Below are positions 28,424 to 37,923 of a DNA stretch of 64,000 nt, piece by piece (position 1 is the stretch's first letter; the number at the start of each line of letters is the position of its first letter). The notes under the pieces were generated by a model. It did not search any database. It was not told where the DNA came from and was given only the letters and a program-made list of their open reading frames with translations. Source of the DNA: an uncultured Candidatus Entotheonella sp. (lineage in GTDB: Bacteria > Tectomicrobia > Entotheonellia > Entotheonellales > Entotheonellaceae); NCBI GenBank assembly GCA_965217185.1, contig OZ244252.1:3840001-3904000 (forward strand), read 5' to 3'. Both the position numbers and the translations under genes were made by a program.

Positions 28424-31180
28424 CTATCTAAGCGCTCTCAGGTCTCTGCTGCGGTGCCGGTGATCCTCCGCGCGACGGTGCACGATGGCTTCCAACTCGT
28501 CATACGAATAACCCGGCGCGGCTGCCCGGGTTGCTTGGGCATTCTGCCAACGGGCTGTCCAGGCAGCGGGCAGGCTGATCTGGCGCACCGCGACTTCCGC
28601 TACGAAGACGCACAGGGCCGCCAGCACGAACCACGGCCAGAAGTCGTTCAGCGGCCGCCCCGGTCCCGACGGGAGATCGGCTTGCTGCGCGGTGCTGAAC
28701 AAGATGCCGGCGGCATCCTCGGGCGCGTCGGCCTGCAGCACTTGGCCGCCAGTGCGTTCCGCCAGGCGGGCCAGCAGGTGGCGGTTGACGTCCAGCCCCA
28801 GGTATTCCGCCGAATAGGGCAGGGTGATGCCGACGGTTTTCGGCCCGATGGTTGCTTCCCCCTGGCGACCCACGAGGCTCAAAAGATACTCGCCGCGACC
28901 GCTGACGGCAAACCGCCCCTGGTAACGGCCCGGCGCCGTCTGCGTCAGTTCGAGAGGCAGGGTGTCCTTCCCCGGCGTCAGCACGCGGCTGCCCTGCAGG
29001 TCGAGGCGGTTGACGAAGCGGTCCTCGGCATCATACACGTCGGCTCGCACGATGGCTTGCCCCTCGCGCACGTCCACCCGCACGTCAACGCTCTCGGGCG
29101 TGCCCGTCCGCTGCACCCAGCGCACGAGCTGGGCGGCGAACTGGCCGAACTGCGGCCAGCGCAGCCAGTCCTTGCCCCAGCGCGGCCCCAGATCGGCGGT
29201 GAATGCCGCGGTGTGTCCCAGGCCGTAGCGTTGCACCGCCAGCAGCGGGTCGTCGTTCGGGGTGGTGAGCAGCACCTCAGCGGCCGGCTTGCCGTAGGTC
29301 ACCACGTAGCCGTGCAGCGGCGGCGCCGCGTCAATCTCCACGCCCCGCAACAACTCGTGATTGCGCTGCAAGAGCGGCTGGAACGCGCCTTCCTCGATCA
29401 GGCTGCGCGACACCAGAATGGTCTCGGCGGTGAAGATGCGCGGGATGTTGAGAGCGTCGTTGGTGTAATAGCTCCGCCCCTTGCCCCAATGCGCAATGGC
29501 GTCCATGAGGGTGCGGTCGGCGTCCTGCCCCAACGCCACCGTGGTGACGGTGATGTTGTCGGCCACGGCGTCACGCATCAGCGACTCGAACGCCATGTTC
29601 GGCGTCAGACCGTCGGACAGCGCGATCAGATGCTTCTTCACCGCCGACACGTCGCGCAGCGTGCCGAGCCCCTCCTGCAGGGCCTTGAACAGATCGGTGC
29701 CGCCGCCGTGGGTGAGGGCGGCCAGCCGTCCGGCGATCTGCTCGCGCTTGCCCGCCTCGCTCATCGGCACGTTCCAGTCCCACTCGGCGTTGAAGGCCAG
29801 CACCCCCACCTGGTCGAAGGGATTGAGCAGCTTCATCGACGAAAAGGCGGCGATCTTGGCCACCTCCAGCTTGGTGGTGCGGTCGCCGAAGCCCGACGAC
29901 GGGGCGCCGCTGACGCTGCTGCCCATGCTGTCCGAGCGGTCGATGACCATGACCATCGCCAGGCTGGGGATCGACACCTTGGTGGGCACGTCCATGTCCA
30001 CCGGCAGGATTTTCTCCAGCGGCGTGCGGTAGTAGCCGCCGGCGCCGAAGCTCTTTTCGCCGCCCAGCATCAGCACGCCGCCGCCCATGTCGCGCACGTA
30101 GCGCTCCAGCACCTCCATCTGCGACACCGAAATGCCGAAGCCGGGCACGTTGTCGAAGACGAGGGCGGCGTACTCCAGGTAATCGCTGAGCATGTGCGGG
30201 AGGTCCTGCCACGGGCGGCTGCGCACGTCGAGGCCCTGCTGCTGCAGCGCCTGCACGAGCGGCGAGTCCTGGTCGGGTGGGTCGTAGAGCCGCAGCACCT
30301 TGGGGCGGCCGCGCACCTCGGTGAAGGTCTGCCAGTGGTTGTTCTCCGGCATGGTGTCGCGTGGGCTGTTGACGATGATCTGGTAGAGCTGCATGCCCTC
30401 GGCCTTGGCCTGCTCCAGGAAGCGGTGGCGGTTCTTGCCGGGCCGCAGCACGACCTCCTGCCGCGCCACGAAGGACCCCTCGCGGAACAGCTCCAGCGAC
30501 GCCGGGGTTTCGATGCTGCTGAAGACGACGGCCTCGATGTGGTAGGGCGTGCCCATGCGCACCTGCTTGGGGGCGACCAGCTTTTCCACCCGCACCTCGG
30601 GCTCCTGCTGACCGCGTCCCAGCGGCACCGGGAAGACCGACACGCCGAGGGAGCGGGCGATCAGCACGGCCTCCGCCGCCGAGGCGACGTTCTCGTTGCC
30701 GTCGCTGAGCAGCACCAGCCGCTTGGCGCCCTCGGTGGGAAAGCTGGCGGCGCTGACCTGCAGCGCGCGGGCGACGTTGGTGGCACTGCCGTCCACCTCC
30801 GAGGCGATGTCGGGCAGGCTGAAACGCTTGGCAACGCCGTGCTCGAGAAAGGCGTCGGCACCGAACACAACGAGCCCGGCGCCGTCTTGCGGTCGTTTGG
30901 CGCCACTGACGGCGCCGATGAAATCGAGCGCCTGCTGGCGCACCGCGGCGCTGACGCTATGCGACAGGTCAAGCGCGAAGACGACGTTGGCCTGCTCGTA
31001 GGGCTGCGTCAGGGCGAAGCGTACCAAGCCGCCAACCAGCAGCAACAGCGCCAGCAGCCGCAGGACGCTGAGCAGACGCCGCCGCAACGGCGCGAGCCGT
31101 CGGGGCGTACGGCGTAGCCACAGAAGCAGCAACGGCGCCAGCAGCAACAGGGCGATGAACCAGGGATAGAGTACGCGCAT
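28424..31180 (-). CDS. Membrane protein with two VWA domains and a glutamine-amidotransferase-like domain
   Basis: DLSHS...LLSDGNEN; DRSDSM...LSDG; GGEKSFGAGGY; terminal TM helices. Confidence 0.88.
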   Translation of the reverse strand: MRVLYPWFIALLLLAPLLLLWLRRTPRRLAPLRRRLLSVLRLLALLLLVGGLVRFALTQPYEQANVVFALDLSHSVSAAVRQQALDFIGAVSGAKRPQDGAGLVVFGADAFLEHGVAKRFSLPDIASEVDGSATNVARALQVSAASFPTEGAKRLVLLSDGNENVASAAEAVLIARSLGVSVFPVPLGRGQQEPEVRVEKLVAPKQVRMGTPYHIEAVVFSSIETPASLELFREGSFVARQEVVLRPGKNRHRFLEQAKAEGMQLYQIIVNSPRDTMPENNHWQTFTEVRGRPKVLRLYDPPDQDSPLVQALQQQGLDVRSRPWQDLPHMLSDYLEYAALVFDNVPGFGISVSQMEVLERYVRDMGGGVLMLGGEKSFGAGGYYRTPLEKILPVDMDVPTKVSIPSLAMVMVIDRSDSMGSSVSGAPSSGFGDRTTKLEVAKIAAFSSMKLLNPFDQVGVLAFNAEWDWNVPMSEAGKREQIAGRLAALTHGGGTDLFKALQEGLGTLRDVSAVKKHLIALSDGLTPNMAFESLMRDAVADNITVTTVALGQDADRTLMDAIAHWGKGRSYYTNDALNIPRIFTAETILVSRSLIEEGAFQPLLQRNHELLRGVEIDAAPPLHGYVVTYGKPAAEVLLTTPNDDPLLAVQRYGLGHTAAFTADLGPRWGKDWLRWPQFGQFAAQLVRWVQRTGTPESVDVRVDVREGQAIVRADVYDAEDRFVNRLDLQGSRVLTPGKDTLPLELTQTAPGRYQGRFAVSGRGEYLLSLVGRQGEATIGPKTVGITLPYSAEYLGLDVNRHLLARLAERTGGQVLQADAPEDAAGILFSTAQQADLPSGPGRPLNDFWPWFVLAALCVFVAEVAVRQISLPAAWTARWQNAQATRAAAPGYSYDELEAIVHRRAEDHRHRSRDLRALR

Positions 31181-31260
31181 CTGGGGATTCAGTTCTGAGT
31201 TCTGGGTTTCATGAAAACGTGCATGTTAAAGAGTTTTGGCAAAGACGCGAAGCGCATGAA

Positions 31261-31301
31261 TCCCCTCCCCCCAACCGCGGGGGAGGGTTAGGGAGAGGGG
31301 G
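31261..31301. repeat. C/G-rich palindromic repeat
   Basis: CCCCTCCCCCCAACCGCGGGGGAGGGTTAGGGAGAGGGG. Confidence 0.7.
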
Positions 31302-31370
31302 AGTTTTCCGGCACGGCTGGTGCTGGCGATGTAGCCTCGCTTCGTACGAGGCCCCGCTACGGCAAAAGCA

Positions 31371-33289
31371 TCAGTCTGCTGCCGCGGCCGCATCGTCGTT
31401 GTAGGCTCGCTCACCCACTTCGTCGTGCTCGTCCTCTGGGTCGTCAAACTCCTCTACAAACCCAGCGGAATTCAGAGCGTTCCAGAAAACGTCGCGACCG
31501 CTTGATATCGGCTTCCCCATCGCTTTGCCGATCAACTCCAGCATCGCTTCGCCACGCTCGACAAAGCACCCGGTAAAGTCATCACTGGCCAATAGTTGGG
31601 GATTCAGCCAGTGTGATCGCAGCACTCGGTGAAGGGTGTCGGGACTGATAGCGTTCTGCGCCAATCGGGGCAGGTAAACCGAGGGCGCGCGACCGCCAAT
31701 GCTTTTGTTGGTGCTGGCGTCAATGGGCGTCTTGTTGATGATTGAGTTGTACAGGCGAGGCGGTACCCTCGGGTCGGCATCCTGTTCACACCATCGCCTA
31801 GGAAAGATGTGATGAATGTCAATGTTCTCCTGGAACCATTCTGCGAGTACTAGCGGATTGGCCGTGCGCCAGTCTGCTGCTCCGCTTTTCATCTGCAATG
31901 CGTAGAGCCCTTTGTAAGCGGCACTGTTGCGAGTACGTATGGACAGCAGACGCGCCGGAACAAAATCGGCTTCGCTGACCAGGGTCGGTTCCGGGCCGCC
32001 GCGAATCCATCCGGCGACTTGCGTCAGGTCAAGGGCATACTGTGTTTCTACTGCACCGCCGTATGCCTCACCGAAGATACCGGACCAAGAACCAGCGCTC
32101 CAGTTTGGCTTTGGCAATGGCCGGTTCCAATGCGTTCCCCAACTCCACGGAAAGCGTGGCCAACGGTACCAACTGTGTGTTGTAAGGCACGTTGTAGCTG
32201 GTAAATATGAACTGGCTAAGGAGGAACTTGGCGGCGTTCATAAAGCCGGCTTCCACCCGGTTGGCCCAACGGTGGTAATCATTTACGTCCAGTTCCAGAA
32301 TATCGTTTTTGCGACAATTGATTGCCGGTATGCGGTTCTGAGGCCGGCCTGCGGCGATGGCTTCACGGTGATGTTCCTGTGTGGACAGCAAGGCCACCGC
32401 CTGCAAAAACTGGTTGCCCTCGACGCCCTTCAAGACACCGTAATCGCGATGCATGCGGTTGTGCCGCGCACCCCAGTCATCCCGTAGCGAAAATTTTTCG
32501 TCCTGAGCAGCAAAAGACGCGGTTACCAGTTCAAACATTGACAGGGTAACGCCGCCCGTATTGACTTTTTCGAAGACCGTGCAGACAGCCTCCTTTGGTG
32601 TTTGCTTGTCCAACCTGATGACCGGCAAGTCGTATCCAGTAAAGGAGTTTATTACGGACTCGGTGAATTTGTTATAAAACGTGATTGGGTCTCCTTCTGG
32701 ATGCTGCTCGTTACTGCTTTGCCAGTAACTGATATAACCGAGCAACCAGTCTGTCTTGCTGTCCAGTAGCCTCTTCGTGGGCATCATATGCTTCTCGAAT
32801 TCAAGTTCCCGGCTGGAGAGGTCATGGACGATTTCGCGCCCGAAATTCTTGGTCTCTATTTTGTTTTCCGGGACGCTGATGATGGCCTCCTCCCGCTCGA
32901 AATCCGGGTCCATCGCCTTCTGCATATCCACATAGTACCAACGTTTGATGCGTCTTCCTCTAGCATCATGCGTATCCACCGCCCCCTCATGCAACAGCGA
33001 CTGATACAAGGAGGGTCAGCCGTTGTTGTCCGTCCAGCAGAAAAGCTTCGGCGTTGTTCTGTTGTGGCTCTGCAGCACCTTCAATCATCCGGCTTTTGAG
33101 CCGGATATTGCCCCCGGCTTCCAGCGCCGTAATGGCGCCGACCGGAAACCCGCGCGATATGCTGGCCAGCAAGCCCCGAATCCGGTCGTCATCCCACACC
33201 CAGCCCCGCTGAAAATCGGGAAGCTGTATTTTGCCGCTGCCGGCGTCATCCAACAGGGATTTCAACGATACGGGATGGGTCTTGAACAT
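31371..33289 (-). pseudogene. GmrSD-like DUF262 protein with HNH-type C-terminus, two +1 frameshifts
   Basis: LPDFQRGWVW, LDGQQRLT, FEKVNTGG, DIHHIFP; an extra base near 33014 and near 32087 splits it into three ORFs. Confidence 0.85.
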
Positions 33290-33369
33290 CGTAAAGCCTC
33301 CATTGTTTTGGCTTCTGGATTTCGCTGAGAACGCGCGTCAGCTTTATCCACTACCCACTGACCTTTCTA

Positions 33370-35229
33370 TTAGAAATCCCGGCACCAGGTGAACCACTCG
33401 GTGGTCAGCACCGCCACCGCGCCCAGCGTCAGGGCGAGCCACAGCGGCGTTTCGGCGCTGCCGGCGGGGGCCGGTGACGCCGTCTCGTCGGGCGCCAGCG
33501 GCGGCAGCTTGGTCGCGGGATTGATGTCCGACTCGCCGTCGTCGAGCAGGTTGACCGTCAGGTAGCGCTTGAACGTGTCCCCGGCGCGCAGGGTGTACAC
33601 GCCGACGCGCTCGGTGTCGGAAAAAATCCACGGGTTGCCCTGCACGTCGTACTGTTGCTGGCGACCCTCCGGGTCCTGCACGGAGATGCGCGATAGTGGG
33701 GTATCCAGGTACAGCGGGTAGGGGGTTCCGGCCTGAATCTGGTCGCCGCCGTCGGATTCCGGGGGCGCCAGCCAGCGCAGCAGGTTGCCGATGAACACCG
33801 GGAAGGCGACGCGCAGCGGCAGGTCCGATTGCATCAGGTCAAAGCCGAGAACCACCACGCGCAGGTGCGGCTCCTCGATAAGGCCGAGCAGCGGCGTGTC
33901 CGGCGCATCAACGAGGCTGTGGGCATCGCCTTGCAGCGTCAGTTGCAGAGCCTCGGCGACGTGCACGTCGGCCAGATCGACGAATTGCAGCAGCGGGTGC
34001 TGGCGCTGCCAATCCACCACGCGCGGCTGCGCCACCGTGCCGGTGTGCCGCACCCGGTCGTCCGGCGGCACCGTGTTGATCAGCAAGTAATTGCCGCGCT
34101 GCAGCGGCGGCGGGGTGACGCCGTTGAAAATGATCAGGCGGTTCGACGCCAGCAGGCGCGGCAGGATGTCCGCCGATACCTGCGGCACGACGTTGACGAA
34201 CACGCCGGGGATGGAGGTGAGCAGGGTCTCCAGGAAGTAATTCGGCTCGCCGACGAGCAGTATCCAGGTCTGTGACGGGGCGGCGGCGACGCCGTAAGCG
34301 TGGTTGTCCAGCGCCAGATCGTCGTCTAGCGCCAGTTCGGCCTCGGCGACGCCCTGCAGGGGGCCGGCGACGGTGGACACGATGACCTCCTCCTGGCCAG
34401 GTTGCAGGTCCAGTTGGCGCTCCAGCGGTTGTTGCGGCGGTAGACTGAGGCGCAGGGGCGCGGCGACCGGCTGCGGCGAGAAGTTCTTCACGGTCAGCAA
34501 CACCTCGTAGAGCCCTTCGACGTCCGGCGCCTGCCGGAAGGCGAAGCGCGTGATGCCGACGTTGGTGTCGCCGCCGTCGACCTGGATATGGCGCAATTGG
34601 TGGCCGAGTTGTTGGCGCAACTGCGTCAATTCGGCGACCCGTGGGTAGGCGCCGTCGCCGATGACGACGATCTCGTGCGAGCCGCTGCCCTGGGTGAGCG
34701 ACAGCGCCAGAAACAGCGCTTCCCGCATGTTGCCGGTGGCGTCGCTGGCCTCCAGGTCGCGGAGGGTCTGCCGCAACAGGGCCTTCTCGCTGCTGAAAAA
34801 CGCCGCCACACGGGGCTGCCGGCCGGCCGTAATGACAGCCATCTGGCGCCCGGCGGGCAGTTCCTGCAGCACCTGCAGGGCGTGCTCCCTGGCCTGTGCA
34901 AAGCGCGTTCCCTGCCCGGTGCGGGTCTGCATGCTGGCGCTGACGTCGAGCACCAGCACGACGTCGCGGCTCGGCACGGCCTGGCCGGTGAGCGCCGGTT
35001 CGGCGAGCGCCGCGGCCAGCAGGCAGACGAGCAGGATTTGCAACAGCAACGGCAGGTTCTGCACCAGCCGCCGCAGGCCGAGGCTGCCCTGCGCCTCGCG
35101 CGCCACGCTCTCCCACAGGAACAGGGTGCTGACCCGCACGTCCCGCCGCCGGTAGCGCAGGGCGTGCAGCACCAGGAGCACGGGCACGAAGGCCAGCAGG
35201 GCGAGTGCCGCCGGGTTGAGCCAGACCAT
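33370..35229 (-). CDS. BatA-like N-terminal plus VWA domain membrane protein
   Basis: WLNPAAL...VSTLFLW, DVSASM, ESDINP, C-terminal TM ending in EW. Confidence 0.88.
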   Translation of the reverse strand: MVWLNPAALALLAFVPVLLVLHALRYRRRDVRVSTLFLWESVAREAQGSLGLRRLVQNLPLLLQILLVCLLAAALAEPALTGQAVPSRDVVLVLDVSASMQTRTGQGTRFAQAREHALQVLQELPAGRQMAVITAGRQPRVAAFFSSEKALLRQTLRDLEASDATGNMREALFLALSLTQGSGSHEIVVIGDGAYPRVAELTQLRQQLGHQLRHIQVDGGDTNVGITRFAFRQAPDVEGLYEVLLTVKNFSPQPVAAPLRLSLPPQQPLERQLDLQPGQEEVIVSTVAGPLQGVAEAELALDDDLALDNHAYGVAAAPSQTWILLVGEPNYFLETLLTSIPGVFVNVVPQVSADILPRLLASNRLIIFNGVTPPPLQRGNYLLINTVPPDDRVRHTGTVAQPRVVDWQRQHPLLQFVDLADVHVAEALQLTLQGDAHSLVDAPDTPLLGLIEEPHLRVVVLGFDLMQSDLPLRVAFPVFIGNLLRWLAPPESDGGDQIQAGTPYPLYLDTPLSRISVQDPEGRQQQYDVQGNPWIFSDTERVGVYTLRAGDTFKRYLTVNLLDDGESDINPATKLPPLAPDETASPAPAGSAETPLWLALTLGAVAVLTTEWFTWCRDF

Positions 35230-35245
35230 GTGAGCGTTTCCTTAT

Positions 35246-35279
35246 GTAGGTCGGATTGGCCGCAGGCGTAATCCGACAT
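35246..35279 (+). repeat. GTAG-type REP (copy 3)
   Basis: GTAGGTCGGATTGGCCGCAGGCGTAATCCGACAT. Confidence 0.8.
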
Positions 35280-35302
35280 TCCACTGCCAGAGCAATTTCG
35301 GA

Positions 35303-35407
35303 CCCCCCCCTAGCCCTCCCCCGCGATGGGGGGAGGGGACTAACCCGTCCCTGCGAAGATGGTTTTGCTCCCTCTCCCTTGGCGGGAGAGGGTTGGGGTG
35401 AGGGGGG
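35303..35407. repeat. Pair of C/G-rich palindromic repeats
   Basis: CCCCCCCCTAGCCCTCCCCC..GGGGGGAGGGG and CCCTCTCCC..GGGAGAGGGTTGGGGTGAGGGG, the latter an inverted match to the 26273 copy. Confidence 0.75.
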
Positions 35408-35464
35408 AAATCTGAATCAGGAATCACTTGGCTTCTTCAAGATTCTATCCGATACGAAAATGCC

Positions 35465-36379
35465 CTAACTCAGATACAACCCGCGCCGCAGGTAGCGCAG
35501 GACGACATCCTCAAACGGCACCGTGGTGACGACGCGCAGATATTCGATGTTGCGCCGCAGGCAATACGTCTCGATGTCGGCGAAGTACGCCGCCACCTTC
35601 TCGCGGTAGCGGTCGAGCAGGCGCTGATTGACCGTCAGGCGGCGTTGCTGGCCGGTCTCGACGTCGTGCAGGCGTACGGCGCCGTTGAAGGTCGGGTTGA
35701 TCTCCGACTCGGCCACCACCTGGATTACCAGCGCGTCGAAGCCGGCGTAGGCCAGGGCGTCGAGGCCGGCGGCGTAGCCCTGCGGGTCGAACAGGTCGCT
35801 GACGACGATGGCCAGTCCGGTTTTGCGGTTCTGGCGGGCATAGGTGCGCAGCACGCGGTTCAGGTTAGTGCCGCCCCCGCAGCCGAGGGCCTCGAAATAG
35901 CGCAGCATGGTGACGATCTGCTGCCGCCCGCGCTGCGGCGGCCTGGGGCGGCCCAGTTCGTCGGCGAACGACACCACGCCGACGCGGTCCAGGCTGTTGA
36001 GGCCGATGTAGCCCAGCGCCGCGGCCACCCGGCGGGCGAAGTCGATCTTCGACGGCTGGCCCTCCTGCATCGAGCGGCTGGTATCGACCAGCAAATGGAT
36101 GGTGAGGTCCTCTTCGGCGGCGAAGACCTTGAGGAAGAGGCGGTCCAGGCGGCTGTAAACGTTCCAATCGACGTAGCGAAAGTCGTCGCCGGGCTGGTAG
36201 CGGCGGTGGTCGGCGAATTCCAGACCCATGCCGCGGCGCAGGGTGGTGCGGTCGTTCTGGCTTTGGCCCCGAAACAGCTTGCGCGCCAGCAGGTGCAGGG
36301 TTTCGAGCTTGCGCATGAAGTCGGCGTCGAAGAGCGCCGGGGCAGGCCCAGCCGGTGGGGTGAGGGGTGAGGGGTTCAT
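35465..36379 (-). CDS. DUF58 family protein
   Basis: GLEFADHRRYQPGDDFRYVDWN, DTSRSM, VSDLF. Confidence 0.92.
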   Translation of the reverse strand: MNPSPLTPPAGPAPALFDADFMRKLETLHLLARKLFRGQSQNDRTTLRRGMGLEFADHRRYQPGDDFRYVDWNVYSRLDRLFLKVFAAEEDLTIHLLVDTSRSMQEGQPSKIDFARRVAAALGYIGLNSLDRVGVVSFADELGRPRPPQRGRQQIVTMLRYFEALGCGGGTNLNRVLRTYARQNRKTGLAIVVSDLFDPQGYAAGLDALAYAGFDALVIQVVAESEINPTFNGAVRLHDVETGQQRRLTVNQRLLDRYREKVAAYFADIETYCLRRNIEYLRVVTTVPFEDVVLRYLRRGLYLS

Positions 36380-36407
36380 GAAGCGGAGGTCCAGAGTTCG
36401 CGCAGCA

Positions 36408-36785
36408 TCAGGGCGTGTCGGGCGCCATCGTGCCCTGGCGTTGCTGCTCCAGGATGGTCTCGATCCGGGTGACCCGGTTGCTGAGTTCGCTGATGTCCTT
36501 GCGTAGGTCGGTCAACTCATTGCGTACGCCGGTCAACTCCCCACGCAGATTGGTCATCTCGGCGCGCAGATTGGTCATCTCTCCGCGCATCTCGCTCATT
36601 TCCCCGCGCAAAGTGGTCATCTCCCTGCGTATCTCCTCCCGAAGCGGTGTCACCGCGGTGGTGACAGCCCACTGCATGGCGCCCATGATCGCACCGACGA
36701 TGACGAGGATGGTGACCGCGAGAGCAGCGAGTTCTTTGTAGCCGATCATAATGTTGCGAGGCGGGGTCGTTTCTTGGATGGCCAT
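36408..36785 (-). CDS. Single-TM coiled-coil protein with heptad repeats
   Basis: Repeats of (L/M)R(G/A/N)E(M/L)T encoded by about 21-nt tandem units. Confidence 0.7.
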   Translation of the reverse strand: MAIQETTPPRNIMIGYKELAALAVTILVIVGAIMGAMQWAVTTAVTPLREEIRREMTTLRGEMSEMRGEMTNLRAEMTNLRGELTGVRNELTDLRKDISELSNRVTRIETILEQQRQGTMAPDTP

Positions 36786-37018
36786 GCCGGACTCCTCAAT
36801 TTACCGGACCTGCAGGGTTCACAAGCCTACCCTTACCCAGACTTCGATTCCAGCCTTGTTTATTCGGGCCTGCGAAGCTGGGGGTCAACCGCTTTCGGAG
36901 CCGGCGAAAGTTTCCCAAATGGACCGTCCCCGGCGGCAATGAAGCCGTAGTCTGGCCGTTCACCCCTATGCCGTCCGGTCCGTGCAGTCGGACGCCTCTT
37001 GCCGTCAAGCTGACTTCC

Positions 37019-37264
37019 TCATCGGCGCGCAGCCTCTTCCCATAGCTGGCGGGTGGTCGGGACCAACATCACCTCATCGGCGTCGAACAGCTCACGAAAG
37101 AGTCTTTCAATGTCGCTACTCACGATGACAAACTGTCCAGCCTGGGCCTGCCGCCACAGGGGTTCGAGCAAGGTACGGTAGGGTTCGATGCGCTCCACGC
37201 TGTAGATGAATCCACTGGCATCGAGATAGACCGGTCCATTAGGCGGGAGGATCAGCGATCCCAT
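37019..37264 (-). pseudogene. Truncated PIN/VapC toxin
   Basis: VYLDASGFIY N-terminus; only 81 aa and lacks the C-terminal DALH-type motif. Confidence 0.7.
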
Positions 37265-37485
37265 GACCCTCGTTCTTCCTTCAGGAAGGACTCGACCTCT
37301 TCTGCGGTCTTGAAGACACGCTGCCCCGGCGCTTCGGCAAGAATGTCAGCGGCAGACCGACGCGGTGATTCGGGGGAGTGACGCACGACCACGTCAACGG
37401 ACTCCCCAACCGGAAGCTCATGGTCCACGATTTCGATTCTGCCCCCGGGAAGTACAGTCGTCTTCAGATGCAACACTTTCTGCAT
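37252..37485 (-). CDS. Putative antitoxin of the PIN toxin
   Basis: 77 aa, TTVLPGGRIEI...EERGSW; overlaps the toxin start. Confidence 0.7.
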   Translation of the reverse strand: MQKVLHLKTTVLPGGRIEIVDHELPVGESVDVVVRHSPESPRRSAADILAEAPGQRVFKTAEEVESFLKEERGSWDR

Positions 37486-37563
37486 GGCTAGCGCTTCCTT
37501 TCCAAGGCGGGCGGCATGACGGCTATGTTCTCCATCTGACGATACAGTGGAGAAAGGATCGGG

Positions 37564-37923
37564 TCATTTCCTGGCGTCGCCCTCCTGCTCAGCAGCCGTC
37601 AGGTCAGAAAGCAGCACACTGCGGCCTGCCTGTTTCGCTTCGAGCCACCGTTTGAAAGAGTGCTGGCTTTCCCCTGACGGGCGGCCCGCGATGAGCCCTT
37701 CCACACTAAGGTCTTCGTCCAGATCCGGCCAGCGGATTCCCTGACCCTTGCCGATCAACTCCCAGTTGTTGCGCTCCTCCTGGGTGGCATGTACGAGCCT
37801 GGGATACCAAGCCAGGGGCACGGAGATGGTTCGTCCGTCCGAGAGCTCGACCCGCAGCGTATCATCGGTAACCGATGCGTCCTCGGCCTCAGGTATCCGT
37901 ATCTCAATCGTTGAAGTAATCAT
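37564..37923 (-). CDS. DUF2442 family protein (antitoxin-like)
   Basis: LSDGRTISVPLAWYPRL...GIRWPDLDEDLSVEGL. Confidence 0.88.
   Translation of the reverse strand: MITSTIEIRIPEAEDASVTDDTLRVELSDGRTISVPLAWYPRLVHATQEERNNWELIGKGQGIRWPDLDEDLSVEGLIAGRPSGESQHSFKRWLEAKQAGRSVLLSDLTAAEQEGDARK

Noticed and set aside
1615..31117. Long antisense ORFs such as 1615..3147, 12501..14336, 21329..22804 and 28454..31117
   Set aside because: They are shadows of motif-supported genes on the opposite strand, expected in high-GC DNA.
36490..36640. Tandem repeats as a possible CRISPR array
   Set aside because: Degenerate in-frame 21-nt coding repeats with no spacers and no cas genes.
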